Assembly (NCBI GenBank): GCA_037131045.1
Contig: JBAXRV010000001.1
Location: 48,639 to 112,638, forward strand
Origin: Actinomycetes bacterium
GTDB taxonomy: Bacteria; Actinomycetota; Actinomycetes; S36-B12; UBA5976
Reading direction: 5' to 3'
DNA length: 64,000 bases
Part shown: piece by piece, positions 39,506-48,553 of the stretch
Layout: each line of letters opens with the position of its first letter
Numbering within the stretch: the first letter of the stretch is position 1
The notes under the pieces: model-generated
Database searches by the model: none
Seen by the model: the letters and a program-made list of their open reading frames with translations, nothing else
Told to the model about the DNA's origin: nothing
Program-made: the position numbers and the translations under genes

Positions 39506-39772
39506 ATGCCAGAATCAAAGCGTCGCAAGTCAAAGCAACCAGCTTTCACACCACCACCGAGCCCAGTTCCGACCTCCGTCAAGATCGGAAATCCTCGATG
39601 GCTTGCACCACTTATGGTGACAATGTTTCTCTTGGGACTGCTGTGGATAGTTGTGTTTTATTTAGCGGGTAACCAAGTGCCGTTCATGCAAGATTTCAAC
39701 AATCTGGTGAACGTGTTGATCGGATTTGGCTTTATCGGCGTAGGTTTTGTGCTCGCCACCCGGTGGCGGTAA
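39506..39772 (+). CDS. crgA: Cell division protein CrgA
   Basis: The 88-aa ORF has a basic N-terminus and two TM segments, with NPRWLAPLMVTMFLLGLLWIVVFY typical of CrgA. Confidence 0.9.
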   Translation: MPESKRRKSKQPAFTPPPSPVPTSVKIGNPRWLAPLMVTMFLLGLLWIVVFYLAGNQVPFMQDFNNLVNVLIGFGFIGVGFVLATRWR

Positions 39773-39807
39773 CCCGATAAATAACATGGGTGTAATTTCT
39801 CCCCAGC

Positions 39808-39828
39808 TGTGGATAAGCATGTGGATAA
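39808..39828. promoter_or_regulatory. Two perfect tandem DnaA boxes
   Basis: TGTGGATAA occurs at 39808-39816 and again at 39820-39828. This is a direct repeat of TGTGGATAAGC with a 12-bp period, at the 5' end of the DUF881 gene. Confidence 0.6.
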
Positions 39829-40531
39829 GCCCATGGCGTTAACTCGACGTACTCGGACATTAATTTCGGCAGTGGTAGCCGCACTAGCTGGCTTTCTCTT
39901 TGTTGCCAGTAATTTAACGGCCGAAGGTACAAATTTGCGTACCGGTGGCGTGGAAGACCTTCGAGGATTAGTTATCTCGCGAGCAAATCATGTGGCTGTG
40001 CTGACATCAAAAGTGTCCACACTTCAAGAACAGGTCGACACCATCACCGCCACTCGTGTTGATCCAGCTTTGACGGCTCGGATTAACGCTTTGCAGATGG
40101 CAGCTGGTCTGAGCGTTCAAACCGGATCAGCCTTAGAAATTGAACTCAACGACGCTCCTCGACAACCCAACCAGGCACTGCCCGCTGGTGTTGGGCCTGA
40201 TGATCTAGTTGTGCATCAACAGGATGTGCAAGCTGTCATTAACGCATTGTGGCGAGGCGGAGCTACTGGAATCCAAGTGATGGACCAGCGAATTATTTCT
40301 ACTTCAGCAATTCGCTGCGTAGGAAATACCTTACTTTTACAGGGTCGGGTTTATAGCCCACCGTTTCGAATTATTGCACTGGGAAATGTGAACGCATTGC
40401 AACAATCGGTGGATGCCGAACCTGGAGTCCAGGTCTATAAGCAATATGTGGACTTACTCGGACTTGGTTGGAAAGTGAAGATTCTTCAAGAGGTAACAAT
40501 TCCTGCTTGGCAAGGCGCGCTTAGTCGCTAG
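39809..40531 (+). CDS. DUF881 domain membrane protein (Rv0012-like)
   Basis: The ORF has an N-terminal TM segment (LISAVVAALAGFLFVA), a coiled segment and a C-terminal DUF881-like core (LVVHQQDVQAVINALWRGGA...). The true start may be the ATG at 39833. Confidence 0.75.
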   Translation: MDKHVDKPMALTRRTRTLISAVVAALAGFLFVASNLTAEGTNLRTGGVEDLRGLVISRANHVAVLTSKVSTLQEQVDTITATRVDPALTARINALQMAAGLSVQTGSALEIELNDAPRQPNQALPAGVGPDDLVVHQQDVQAVINALWRGGATGIQVMDQRIISTSAIRCVGNTLLLQGRVYSPPFRIIALGNVNALQQSVDAEPGVQVYKQYVDLLGLGWKVKILQEVTIPAWQGALSR

Positions 40532-40534
40532 CTC

Positions 40535-41161
40535 TTAATGTGACTTATTAATAACAGGCGCTAAACCCACAGCAAGATCTCGTGCTTGAGTATCGCCGCA
40601 GCGCATTAACCATTCAGCAAGCATCTGATGTCCACCTTCGGTGAGGACTGATTCGGGATGAAACTGGACACCTTCAATATCTTTGGTGCGGTGACGAAGC
40701 GACATAATTACGCCAGTCTCGGTCTCGCTCGTAATCTCAAGTTCGTCGGGCACAGTGTCACGCTCTACTGCAAGTGAGTGATAGCGCGTTGCGGTGAACG
40801 GTGAATTTAATGGCGCAAGTACACCGGCGTGCTGATGAAATACTTGCGAGGTTTTGCCATGCAAGAGTTCCGGTGCTCGTGAGACGACTGCGCCGAATGC
40901 TTCAGCAATTGCTTGGTGACCGAGACACACACCGAAGATTGGGATCTGACCTCCCAAGTATTTGATCAGATCGATACACACACCAGCATCCGCAGGTTCA
41001 CCTGGGCCGGGAGATAGCAAGATCCCATCATAATTTTTGGCATCCTCTAATGTGACTTCGTCATTTCTTTTAACATCAACTTTGGCACCGAGCTGTGCGA
41101 GGTACTGCACAAGGTTGTAAACAAAGCTGTCGTAATTATCAACGACCAAAATTCTTGTCAC
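40535..41161 (-). CDS. trpG: Glutamine amidotransferase, anthranilate/aminodeoxychorismate synthase component II
   Basis: The ORF carries ILVVDNYDSFVYNL, catalytic GVCLGHQ and VQFHPES. I chose the GTG at 41161, because the track start at 41215 would overlap pknB. Confidence 0.88.
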   Translation of the reverse strand: MTRILVVDNYDSFVYNLVQYLAQLGAKVDVKRNDEVTLEDAKNYDGILLSPGPGEPADAGVCIDLIKYLGGQIPIFGVCLGHQAIAEAFGAVVSRAPELLHGKTSQVFHQHAGVLAPLNSPFTATRYHSLAVERDTVPDELEITSETETGVIMSLRHRTKDIEGVQFHPESVLTEGGHQMLAEWLMRCGDTQARDLAVGLAPVINKSH

Positions 41162-41180
41162 GTTATCAGTCTCACTTTGT

Positions 41181-42893
41181 CTAAGCGCTCGATGACGGAG
41201 TCGGCGTTGGTGCAACCGCGATCGTAATTGTTACGGTAGTGCCTTTTACAGCCAGCTGCTTACCGATTGGTGTCTGAGCGATGACCGTTCCAGGCGTATC
41301 TGTATCGCTGACTTCGGTAAGTAATTCGACTAGGAACCCAGCGTTAATGAGATCGTTACGCGCTTGGGTTTTAGTTTTGCCCATGACATCGGGTACAGCG
41401 ATCTTTCCAGATGACACAACAATGTCGATTGGAGTTCCAACGTCGATACTTGAATTCGCGGGAATACTCTGGGAGAGCACAGTACCTGCGGGTTGTGAAG
41501 AATCAAGTGGTGTGACTTTTCCTAAAACCAGTCGCGAATTCTTCAGCGCTAAATCGGCGTCAGCCTGCGTAGCTAAGTTCACTAGATCGGGCACCAGAGT
41601 TTGTTCTTTACCATTTGAAACGGTGACGTTAATAGCCTGGCCCGCCTCAATTAATTCTCCGGGAGCTGGATCTTGTCCAATAATTTGACCTTTGGGTACA
41701 TTGTCATCAGCTTGTGGAGTTGGAGTTCCGAGCACTAATTGCGAGTTCTTTAATGCGGTAGTTGCCTCTTGTATTGTCATACCGCTGAGATTTGGCACCG
41801 TTACTGTTGTGGGTTTACCACCAAAAAGATTATTTCCAAGAATGAAAAGTAAGGCAGCCGCTCCGGCTACTGCTAGCGCACCTGCGATCCAGCGTCCCTT
41901 AAGTCGGTTACGCTCGCGCTCCTGAACAAAACCTGAATTGCTCGTTATAGCGGGAAAGGAAGCGGTCGGTGCTGCTGGAATTGGTCTCATCGCAGCAGTA
42001 GGAGCGTTTGTGTCGGAGACACCAATCGAAACGGGAACTGGCGCACTAATTGGCATCCCAGCCATGAAGCGTTCTACGTCTGCACGCATATCTGCCGCTG
42101 TTTGATAACGCTGACTTGGATGCTTGGACAACGAATGAAGAACAATTGCATCAATGGCGGACGGTATTGACGAATCGAGCAGCGATGGTGCTTTTGGTAA
42201 TTCATTAACGTGTTGATAGGCGATAGACACAGGTGTCTCGCCTGTGAATGGTGGAACGCCCGTAAGTAGTTCGTAGAGAACGCATCCGGCTGAGTAGATG
42301 TCGCTTCTTGCATCAACTACTTCACCGCGCGCTTGTTCGGGGGAAAGATATTGTGCAGTTCCCATCACGGCACTTGTTGCAGTGACAGTTGTGGCGGCAT
42401 CGCTTACCGCCCGTGCAATTCCAAAATCCATGACTTTTGTGTCGCCATGCGCGTTAATCATGACGTTAGCTGGCTTAATGTCGCGATGAATGATGCCGTG
42501 TCGGTGTGCATAGTCAAGCGCTGCAAGCACTCCTGCAATAAGTTCTAAACCACGCTCGGGCAAAATTCTTGGACCATTGTGCAACATGTGACGAAGCGTG
42601 ACACCATCGACAAGCTCCATAACAATGTATGGGATGTGCACATCGCCAATAAGGTCTTCACCACTGTCATATACGGAAACAATATTGGGATGATTTAAGC
42701 CGGCTGCTGATTGTGCTTCACGGCGAAAGCGTTCAATGAATAGCGGATCACGCGCAAGATCGCCACGTAAAACCTTTATCGCGACTCTTCGGTTCAGTCT
42801 GGTATCTGTGGCCTCATAAACTTCAGCCATCCCGCCACGTCCAATGACAGAACCAACGTCGTATCGGTCACCTAGTCGAGTGAACTCGGCCAC
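41181..42893 (-). CDS. pknB: Ser/Thr protein kinase PknB with three extracellular PASTA domains
   Basis: The kinase motifs are GRGGMAEVY, VAIKVL, HRDIKPANV and DFGIAR. There is one TM segment and three PASTA repeats. Confidence 0.95.
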   Translation of the reverse strand: MAEFTRLGDRYDVGSVIGRGGMAEVYEATDTRLNRRVAIKVLRGDLARDPLFIERFRREAQSAAGLNHPNIVSVYDSGEDLIGDVHIPYIVMELVDGVTLRHMLHNGPRILPERGLELIAGVLAALDYAHRHGIIHRDIKPANVMINAHGDTKVMDFGIARAVSDAATTVTATSAVMGTAQYLSPEQARGEVVDARSDIYSAGCVLYELLTGVPPFTGETPVSIAYQHVNELPKAPSLLDSSIPSAIDAIVLHSLSKHPSQRYQTAADMRADVERFMAGMPISAPVPVSIGVSDTNAPTAAMRPIPAAPTASFPAITSNSGFVQERERNRLKGRWIAGALAVAGAAALLFILGNNLFGGKPTTVTVPNLSGMTIQEATTALKNSQLVLGTPTPQADDNVPKGQIIGQDPAPGELIEAGQAINVTVSNGKEQTLVPDLVNLATQADADLALKNSRLVLGKVTPLDSSQPAGTVLSQSIPANSSIDVGTPIDIVVSSGKIAVPDVMGKTKTQARNDLINAGFLVELLTEVSDTDTPGTVIAQTPIGKQLAVKGTTVTITIAVAPTPTPSSSA

Positions 42894-42941
42894 GATTTCT
42901 CCTTATATGCAGTGCGCACCTAGGTGCACCTCTATTCTTCA

Positions 42942-44390
42942 CTATCTACCTAAAACTGCTCGCATCACAGCACGTGCGATTGGGGCAGCTAAAGCATTAC
43001 CGCTTACTTCGGTTGCCCCGCCACCATGTTCAAGAACAACCGCAACCACAACTTGGGTATCTTGGGCAGGGGCTAGTCCCACGAACCAGGCGTGTGCCGA
43101 TTCACCAGGTGCATTCTCCGCAGTACCAGTTTTCCCGCCAACCGCGATGCCAGAGATCCGGGCATTTGAACCAGTGCCATGACTAACAACGTTGACCATC
43201 ATGCTGCGTAGAATCGCAGCATTCTGTGGTGACATGGCTCGGCTGATTGCATGGGGTGTCGTGTTTTGTAAAACAGTGAGATCGGGACCCAGAATCTGCG
43301 AGACCAAGTACGGTTGCATAACGACACCGTCGTGTGCAATTCCAGCCGCAACCATAGCCATTTGCAATGCAGTTGCTCGCACATCGAATTGCCCGATGGC
43401 ACTCATTGCTGTCTGTGGTTGATCAAGGTTCGTGGGAAAGTGACTTGTTGCTGCGGTCATAGGCACTTCAAATGACGACTCAAATCCAAACTTCTTTGCC
43501 TGTTCTTCAATTGCGCTCGCGCCAAGCTGCATACCTAGCCAAGCGAATGCAGTATTACACGACATGGCTAGCGCATCGTTCAGAGTAGTCTTATCGTCTT
43601 TGCCGCAAGAAGCTCCAGTCCAATTTCCGATCGATCCCGACGTCTGCGGTAACTGCAAACTTGCTGGACCCGGAAGAATCGAATCTGCGCTGAAGTTTCC
43701 CGACTCCAGAGCCGCGGCTGCGGTGACGAGCTTGAAAGTAGAACCAGGTGGCAATGTCATTGCGAGCGGCCGATTAAGCATGGGCTTCTTGGGATCGTTA
43801 TTGAGAACATCGTAGGTTTCTTGAATTGTTTTTGCGTCGTGACTGGACAACGTATTGGGATCAAAGGAAGGCGATGAGACGAGAGCGAGAATTGCTCCAG
43901 TTCGCGGATCAATTGCTACTACCGCGCCAGTTCGGCCGTTTAATGCCCTGTATGCCGCCAATTGTGCGTCGGCATTAATTGTTAAGCGAACTGCGCCACC
44001 TTGCGGTTTACGGTTTGCCAAAAGTTGCTGTAACCGGTCAACAAAAAAGCGACTGTCGTTGCCGGCAAGAACGTCGTTTTCTTTGCCCTCAATTCCTGTA
44101 GCGCCGTACACCATTGAGTAAAACCCAGTTATAGGAGCGTAGGCCGCACCTTTTGGATATGTGCGTAAAAACTTTAATGCATCTTTTGTGCCAGTTGATT
44201 TGGCGAGCGGAGTGCTTGATAAGAGAATTGGTCCGCGTTCTCGGGAATATTCAGTCAGCAGCACGCGCTGGTTACCAGGTTGGTTGCGAAGCGATTTGGC
44301 ATCAAACACTTGGATGAATGACACATTGGCGATCAGTGCCAGCAGTAAAAATATAAGAACTGCTGTTATCCGATTTATTTGCCGGTTCAT
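42942..44390 (-). CDS. pbpA: Class B penicillin-binding protein PbpA
   Basis: The motifs are STFK, SCN and KTGTAE, with an N-terminal membrane anchor. Confidence 0.9.
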   Translation of the reverse strand: MNRQINRITAVLIFLLLALIANVSFIQVFDAKSLRNQPGNQRVLLTEYSRERGPILLSSTPLAKSTGTKDALKFLRTYPKGAAYAPITGFYSMVYGATGIEGKENDVLAGNDSRFFVDRLQQLLANRKPQGGAVRLTINADAQLAAYRALNGRTGAVVAIDPRTGAILALVSSPSFDPNTLSSHDAKTIQETYDVLNNDPKKPMLNRPLAMTLPPGSTFKLVTAAAALESGNFSADSILPGPASLQLPQTSGSIGNWTGASCGKDDKTTLNDALAMSCNTAFAWLGMQLGASAIEEQAKKFGFESSFEVPMTAATSHFPTNLDQPQTAMSAIGQFDVRATALQMAMVAAGIAHDGVVMQPYLVSQILGPDLTVLQNTTPHAISRAMSPQNAAILRSMMVNVVSHGTGSNARISGIAVGGKTGTAENAPGESAHAWFVGLAPAQDTQVVVAVVLEHGGGATEVSGNALAAPIARAVMRAVLGR

Positions 44391-45781
44391 GCAGCATCAC
44401 GTGGTTGGGAGTCCACCATCGATAGGTCAGGTTGTCGCGCTGAGCTTGAGATGCGTACCAAAATTGCAAGAATTAAATAGTTAGCTACAAGTGATGAGCC
44501 ACCGTACGAAAGATATGGAGTGGTCAGGCCCGTGAGTGGGATAAGTCGAGTTACTCCGCCGATAACAATAAAAGTTTGAAGACCCAAAACTGCGGTCAAG
44601 CCGATTGCAAGCAAGTTCCCAAAAGGATCACGGGTTGCTACAGAGGCGCGCGCACCGCGTTCTACAAGGATTGCGTACATGAGCAAAATTGCGACAAATC
44701 CTGTCAAACCAAGTTCTTCACCTAATGCAGAAGTGATGAAATCGGTTTTCGCGAAGGGAACAAGTTGCGGATAGCCATGTCCCCAACCTGTACCAAAGAT
44801 TCCACCGTTTGCAAGACCATAAAGTGATTGCACAATTTGAAATCCATTTCCATTCGCGTCGGCGAACGGGTGCAACCAAACATCAAATCGAATTCGCACA
44901 TGTCCAAAAGCAAAATACGAAAGAACAGCACCAATCGCTAATAATGCTGCACCTATCAGCACCCACGCGCGACGAGCGGTGGCAACGTACAGCATCACGA
45001 TGAATAGTCCGAAGAAGAGTAGTGACGTACCAAGGTCACGTTCGAGTACCAGAACCATTAGTGCAACGAGCCACATCACAATCAGCGGCCCAACATCCTT
45101 TGCTCGCGGCACACCAATTCCGAATATTTGATTTTGTACTAATGACAAAGAGTGACGTCTAGTAACTAAAAAACCAGCAAAAAATATTGTGAACGCTACT
45201 TTGGCAAGCTCACCTGGTTGAAATGTGAATCCGAAGATGTGTATCCAAAGTCGGGCTCCGTTAATGACCGTTCCGACATAAGGAACTAACGGTAGGAACA
45301 GCAATACGATTCCAGAAAAACCCGCAGTCCAAGTCAACCGTTGCAACTTGCGATGGTCCTGCAAGGCGATAAGCACCACCATGAAAGTCACTAGTCCAAC
45401 AGCCATCCACGTGATTTGCAAGTACACATCTGGAGTTGGTTTGGGACTGCCATTAGCCGCGGCACGAACTGCACTAGCGATATCAAGGCGGTGGATCATG
45501 GCCAGGCCAAGCATATTCAGCGCACACACAACCGGAAATACGATTGGATCTGCGTATGGAACTTGCCAGCGAATCACACTATGCGCAGCAAGCATGAGCA
45601 ACCCAGCACTTACTAGTGCAGTCCACCCACCGAAACTGCTTGCACCCGTTGCACTGTCAACCAAAATCCAGGCGAAGACTCCGAGGAGCCAAGCACCAAC
45701 TAAGAGACCCAATTCTGCAGACCGTCTCGTGGACACTCGATAGCGCAGAACTAGTTCGGTCACTGCGCTACCGCCGGGCAA
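44387..45781 (-). CDS. rodA: FtsW/RodA/SpoVE family peptidoglycan glycosyltransferase
   Basis: The 464-aa polytopic membrane protein is 4-nt coupled to pbpA. An alternative GTG start at 45763 forms a GTGA overlap with the pstP stop. Confidence 0.9.
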   Translation of the reverse strand: MPGGSAVTELVLRYRVSTRRSAELGLLVGAWLLGVFAWILVDSATGASSFGGWTALVSAGLLMLAAHSVIRWQVPYADPIVFPVVCALNMLGLAMIHRLDIASAVRAAANGSPKPTPDVYLQITWMAVGLVTFMVVLIALQDHRKLQRLTWTAGFSGIVLLFLPLVPYVGTVINGARLWIHIFGFTFQPGELAKVAFTIFFAGFLVTRRHSLSLVQNQIFGIGVPRAKDVGPLIVMWLVALMVLVLERDLGTSLLFFGLFIVMLYVATARRAWVLIGAALLAIGAVLSYFAFGHVRIRFDVWLHPFADANGNGFQIVQSLYGLANGGIFGTGWGHGYPQLVPFAKTDFITSALGEELGLTGFVAILLMYAILVERGARASVATRDPFGNLLAIGLTAVLGLQTFIVIGGVTRLIPLTGLTTPYLSYGGSSLVANYLILAILVRISSSARQPDLSMVDSQPRDAA

Positions 45782-46956
45782 CCCGGTGTGTTAGGTGTTG
45801 TGCGGCACACCATAACCCGAGCGGAGAGTTGTTCAATTGTCGCTTGGGCATCCGGTAGCGAAGCTGATGAAATAGTTCCAATGATTTGGTTGCGTTCAAA
45901 GTCGGGGAGCTCAGAAGAATTCAATGAGCTGACTTCGATGAGCCGAGACAATCCGGCAACAGGAATTCCTTGATAAATAGCTACGGCCTTGGTTGGTGAA
46001 TACACGCCAATGAACCACTGGCTAGCGAGCCACGTCAATCCCAGTGCCACACCCGCTGCTGCAACTGCCAGCGTGACCAGTGCCGTGACTAGTCGATGAC
46101 GTCGGGGAACTAAATTCCGTGATGATTGGCTCGGAACCAGAACAGCCTCTTCAGGAAATGTGACACCTGGTAACCGATTATGGGTATCGACGTCAGCCGC
46201 AGCGCCGACAATAACAGCCTCAGATTCAGTCACATTTTCAACAAGGTCGGCAACAATAACGGTGATATTGTCCGGCCCTCCAGCATCAAGTGCGGCATCT
46301 ATGAGTGCAGATACAGCACTGACTAAATCGATATTTAATAGGCACTCATGAATTGTTGCTTCGGAGATTACGCCGCACAGACCATCACTGCACAGCAGAA
46401 ATCTGTCACCAACGCGAGCTTCGCGCACAGATAAGTCCACCTCGACTGCATGGATACCGTCGATGGCACGCATCATGAGATTACGACGCGGATGTACCGC
46501 GGCTTGTTCTCGAGTGATTTCACCTGAGTCAACGAGTGACTGAACAAAAGTGTGGTCTTTGGTCATTTGCTGCAATTGTTCATCACGCAAAAGGTAAGCC
46601 CGCGAATCTCCAACGTGTGCAACGGCAATTCGGTCTTCCCGAAATGCTAACGCGGTCATGGTCGTTCCCATACCGGCGAAATCACGATTACGCGAAACCA
46701 CATCGGCAATGTATTCACCCGATGTGATGACGGCGTCGGAAAGTAGTTCTAGGACTTGATCTACTTCTGCGAAATTTGCTGCTGCTTCAACAATGGCTGC
46801 CACAGTTGCCGCACTGGCTAACTCGCCGGCTTCGTGGCCGCCCATGCCGTCGGCAACAACAAGTAAGTCATGGGATGCGTATCCCGAATCCTCATTATTT
46901 TTACGCACTTGTCCAATATCACAGCGCGCTGCGAAACGCAGCTTCATTGAACTCAT
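45760..46956 (-). CDS. pstP: PP2C-type Ser/Thr phosphatase PstP
   Basis: The PP2C motifs are NEDS and ADGMGGHEAGE. There is one TM segment and a short extracellular tail. Confidence 0.92.
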   Translation of the reverse strand: MSSMKLRFAARCDIGQVRKNNEDSGYASHDLLVVADGMGGHEAGELASAATVAAIVEAAANFAEVDQVLELLSDAVITSGEYIADVVSRNRDFAGMGTTMTALAFREDRIAVAHVGDSRAYLLRDEQLQQMTKDHTFVQSLVDSGEITREQAAVHPRRNLMMRAIDGIHAVEVDLSVREARVGDRFLLCSDGLCGVISEATIHECLLNIDLVSAVSALIDAALDAGGPDNITVIVADLVENVTESEAVIVGAAADVDTHNRLPGVTFPEEAVLVPSQSSRNLVPRRHRLVTALVTLAVAAAGVALGLTWLASQWFIGVYSPTKAVAIYQGIPVAGLSRLIEVSSLNSSELPDFERNQIIGTISSASLPDAQATIEQLSARVMVCRTTPNTPGCPAVAQ

Positions 46957-47426
46957 GATCCCAATTCCATACTGGTTCGTCCGATGCGAAGCGTCTGGCC
47001 TGGCGATAAAACTGTCGGTGAGGTGACACGAGTGCGATCGATCCAGGTTCCATTAGTGGAGCCTAAGTCCTCAACAATCCAGTGCGTTCCCCGTGGCGTG
47101 AGTTGTGCGTGGTGGGTACTTACAAAATCATCTTCAAGTACCACTGCCACATCGGGCGCCCGCCCAATGATAATTGTGGATGTTCCCAACGGAATTACAG
47201 TGCCTTGAAGATTACCTTCAGTGATAACCAACTTTGTTGAGGTCTTACGAGAACGAAGTGTGGGGCGTGGACTTGGCGGCTTATTGGAACGTGCGGGGGT
47301 TAAGGATTTCGCATCCCGTGGTGCTTGCAGATCTCGTCTCAACACGGAAACCACAGTGAAGACAAACCACCACAACGCAAGAAGAAAACCAATTCGAAAA
47401 AGACTGAGGAGCAACTCGGACATCAT
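46953..47426 (-). CDS. fhaB: FHA domain protein FhaB (FipA)
   Basis: The ORF has an N-terminal TM segment, a basic linker and a C-terminal FHA domain (IGRAPDV...STHHAQL...DLGSTNGT). Confidence 0.88.
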   Translation of the reverse strand: MMSELLLSLFRIGFLLALWWFVFTVVSVLRRDLQAPRDAKSLTPARSNKPPSPRPTLRSRKTSTKLVITEGNLQGTVIPLGTSTIIIGRAPDVAVVLEDDFVSTHHAQLTPRGTHWIVEDLGSTNGTWIDRTRVTSPTVLSPGQTLRIGRTSMELGS

Positions 47427-47427
47427 G

Positions 47428-48144
47428 TCACCGACTCTTATATGTCAGCGTCGTTGCCCCGATTTTAATAATTGATCCGTCGTGAAGCGTCGCTTCAGTG
47501 ATTCGGTGACCATCAACAAGTGTGCCGTTTGTCGAACCCAGATCTTTGATTACGACTTGACTACCGAGCACAATTTGAAAGTGCGCGCGACTAATGCCGG
47601 GGTCATCGATACGAACTTGCGCTGTGTCACCCCGTCCGATGGTGGTGACTGATTGTGTGAGCGCAAATTCTGCGCCAGCGATCGTTACCAATTTTGGAGT
47701 TGAATCATTCATGATGGCGTTGATTGGCACTTGTGGTGTGAGATCAAGATTGACGGCATCGGTCATCGTAGAACCGGCTGGCCCGGAAGTGCTTGTAATT
47801 TTAAACACTCCCGTCTCTAGTTCATCATCTTGCGAGAACGAAACAACTGGACGATCGACTGTGTCGTAGCGCTGCTGCGTGGCGTAAGTGCTGGCAACTG
47901 TTGCGAGTTCACTTCGAAGGGTTGTGAAGTACTGCGCAAAGCGATCATGATCTGCTGGGCTTAAGGAAAAAATAAAGATATTTGGAGTGACTGTTTGGGC
48001 ACCGATATTTTCGGCTCGAAGATCGAGTTCCTGTTGGAGTGCCGCAGCAAGCTCGACCGGTTCGACAGCGGACTTAAAAGCCTTAGAAAATGAGCCATTG
48101 ACGAATTTGTCGAGCCGCGCTTCTAGGTTGTTGAGAAGACCCAT
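47428..48144 (-). CDS. fhaA: FhaA (DUF3662 N-domain plus FHA domain), short form
   Basis: The N-terminus MGLLNNLEARLDKFVNGSFSKAF is FhaA-like, and the C-terminus is an FHA domain (IGRGDTA...SRAHFQI...DLGSTNGT). Confidence 0.88.
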   Translation of the reverse strand: MGLLNNLEARLDKFVNGSFSKAFKSAVEPVELAAALQQELDLRAENIGAQTVTPNIFIFSLSPADHDRFAQYFTTLRSELATVASTYATQQRYDTVDRPVVSFSQDDELETGVFKITSTSGPAGSTMTDAVNLDLTPQVPINAIMNDSTPKLVTIAGAEFALTQSVTTIGRGDTAQVRIDDPGISRAHFQIVLGSQVVIKDLGSTNGTLVDGHRITEATLHDGSIIKIGATTLTYKSR

Positions 48145-48268
48145 CGTGACACTCCATCCTCTCGACCATGACAGGCTTCTAGTTTACTTGCGCTCTCTGA
48201 GTTACTGAATTTCTCGCAGATTGAGCATTTTGGCGCTGCTATTTCTGGGTGATAGCGTTGCTCTGCGC

Positions 48269-48355
48269 GCGCGAGTGGCGGAATAGGCAGACGCGCTGGC
48301 TTCAGGTGCCAGTGCCCGCAAGGGCGTAGGGGTTCAACTCCCCTCTCGCGCACCA
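48269..48355 (+). tRNA. tRNA-Leu (anticodon CAG), CCA encoded
   Basis: The acceptor is GCGCGAG/CTCGCGC, the anticodon stem-loop CTGGC-TTCAGGT-GCCAG, the long variable arm TGCCCGCAAGGGCGT and the T-arm AGGGGTTCAACTCCCCT, ending ACCA. Confidence 0.93.
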
Positions 48356-48553
48356 CATCGATTGACTGATGCGAAAGCTCAGCAATCGTCTAGGGAAGTT
48401 CCTTAAACGGTGGGTCTTTCCTATCTGCGGATAGGTTCGAGTAAACCGAATCAAACAATGGTCTCCTTCGGCTTGAACGAACTTGTTTTTACAGCCACAG
48501 TGGTCATATTGGGAAAATGCCCAAGGGTTATGCCAATTGCCATGGAGGATTGC

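Noticed and set aside
48410-48553. A 48-codon N-terminal extension of the FMO-like ORF given in the track.
   Set aside because: The Rossmann motif starts right after the internal ATG at 48554, which has a GGAGGA SD. The extension begins only 55 nt after the tRNA-Leu gene and has no coding character.
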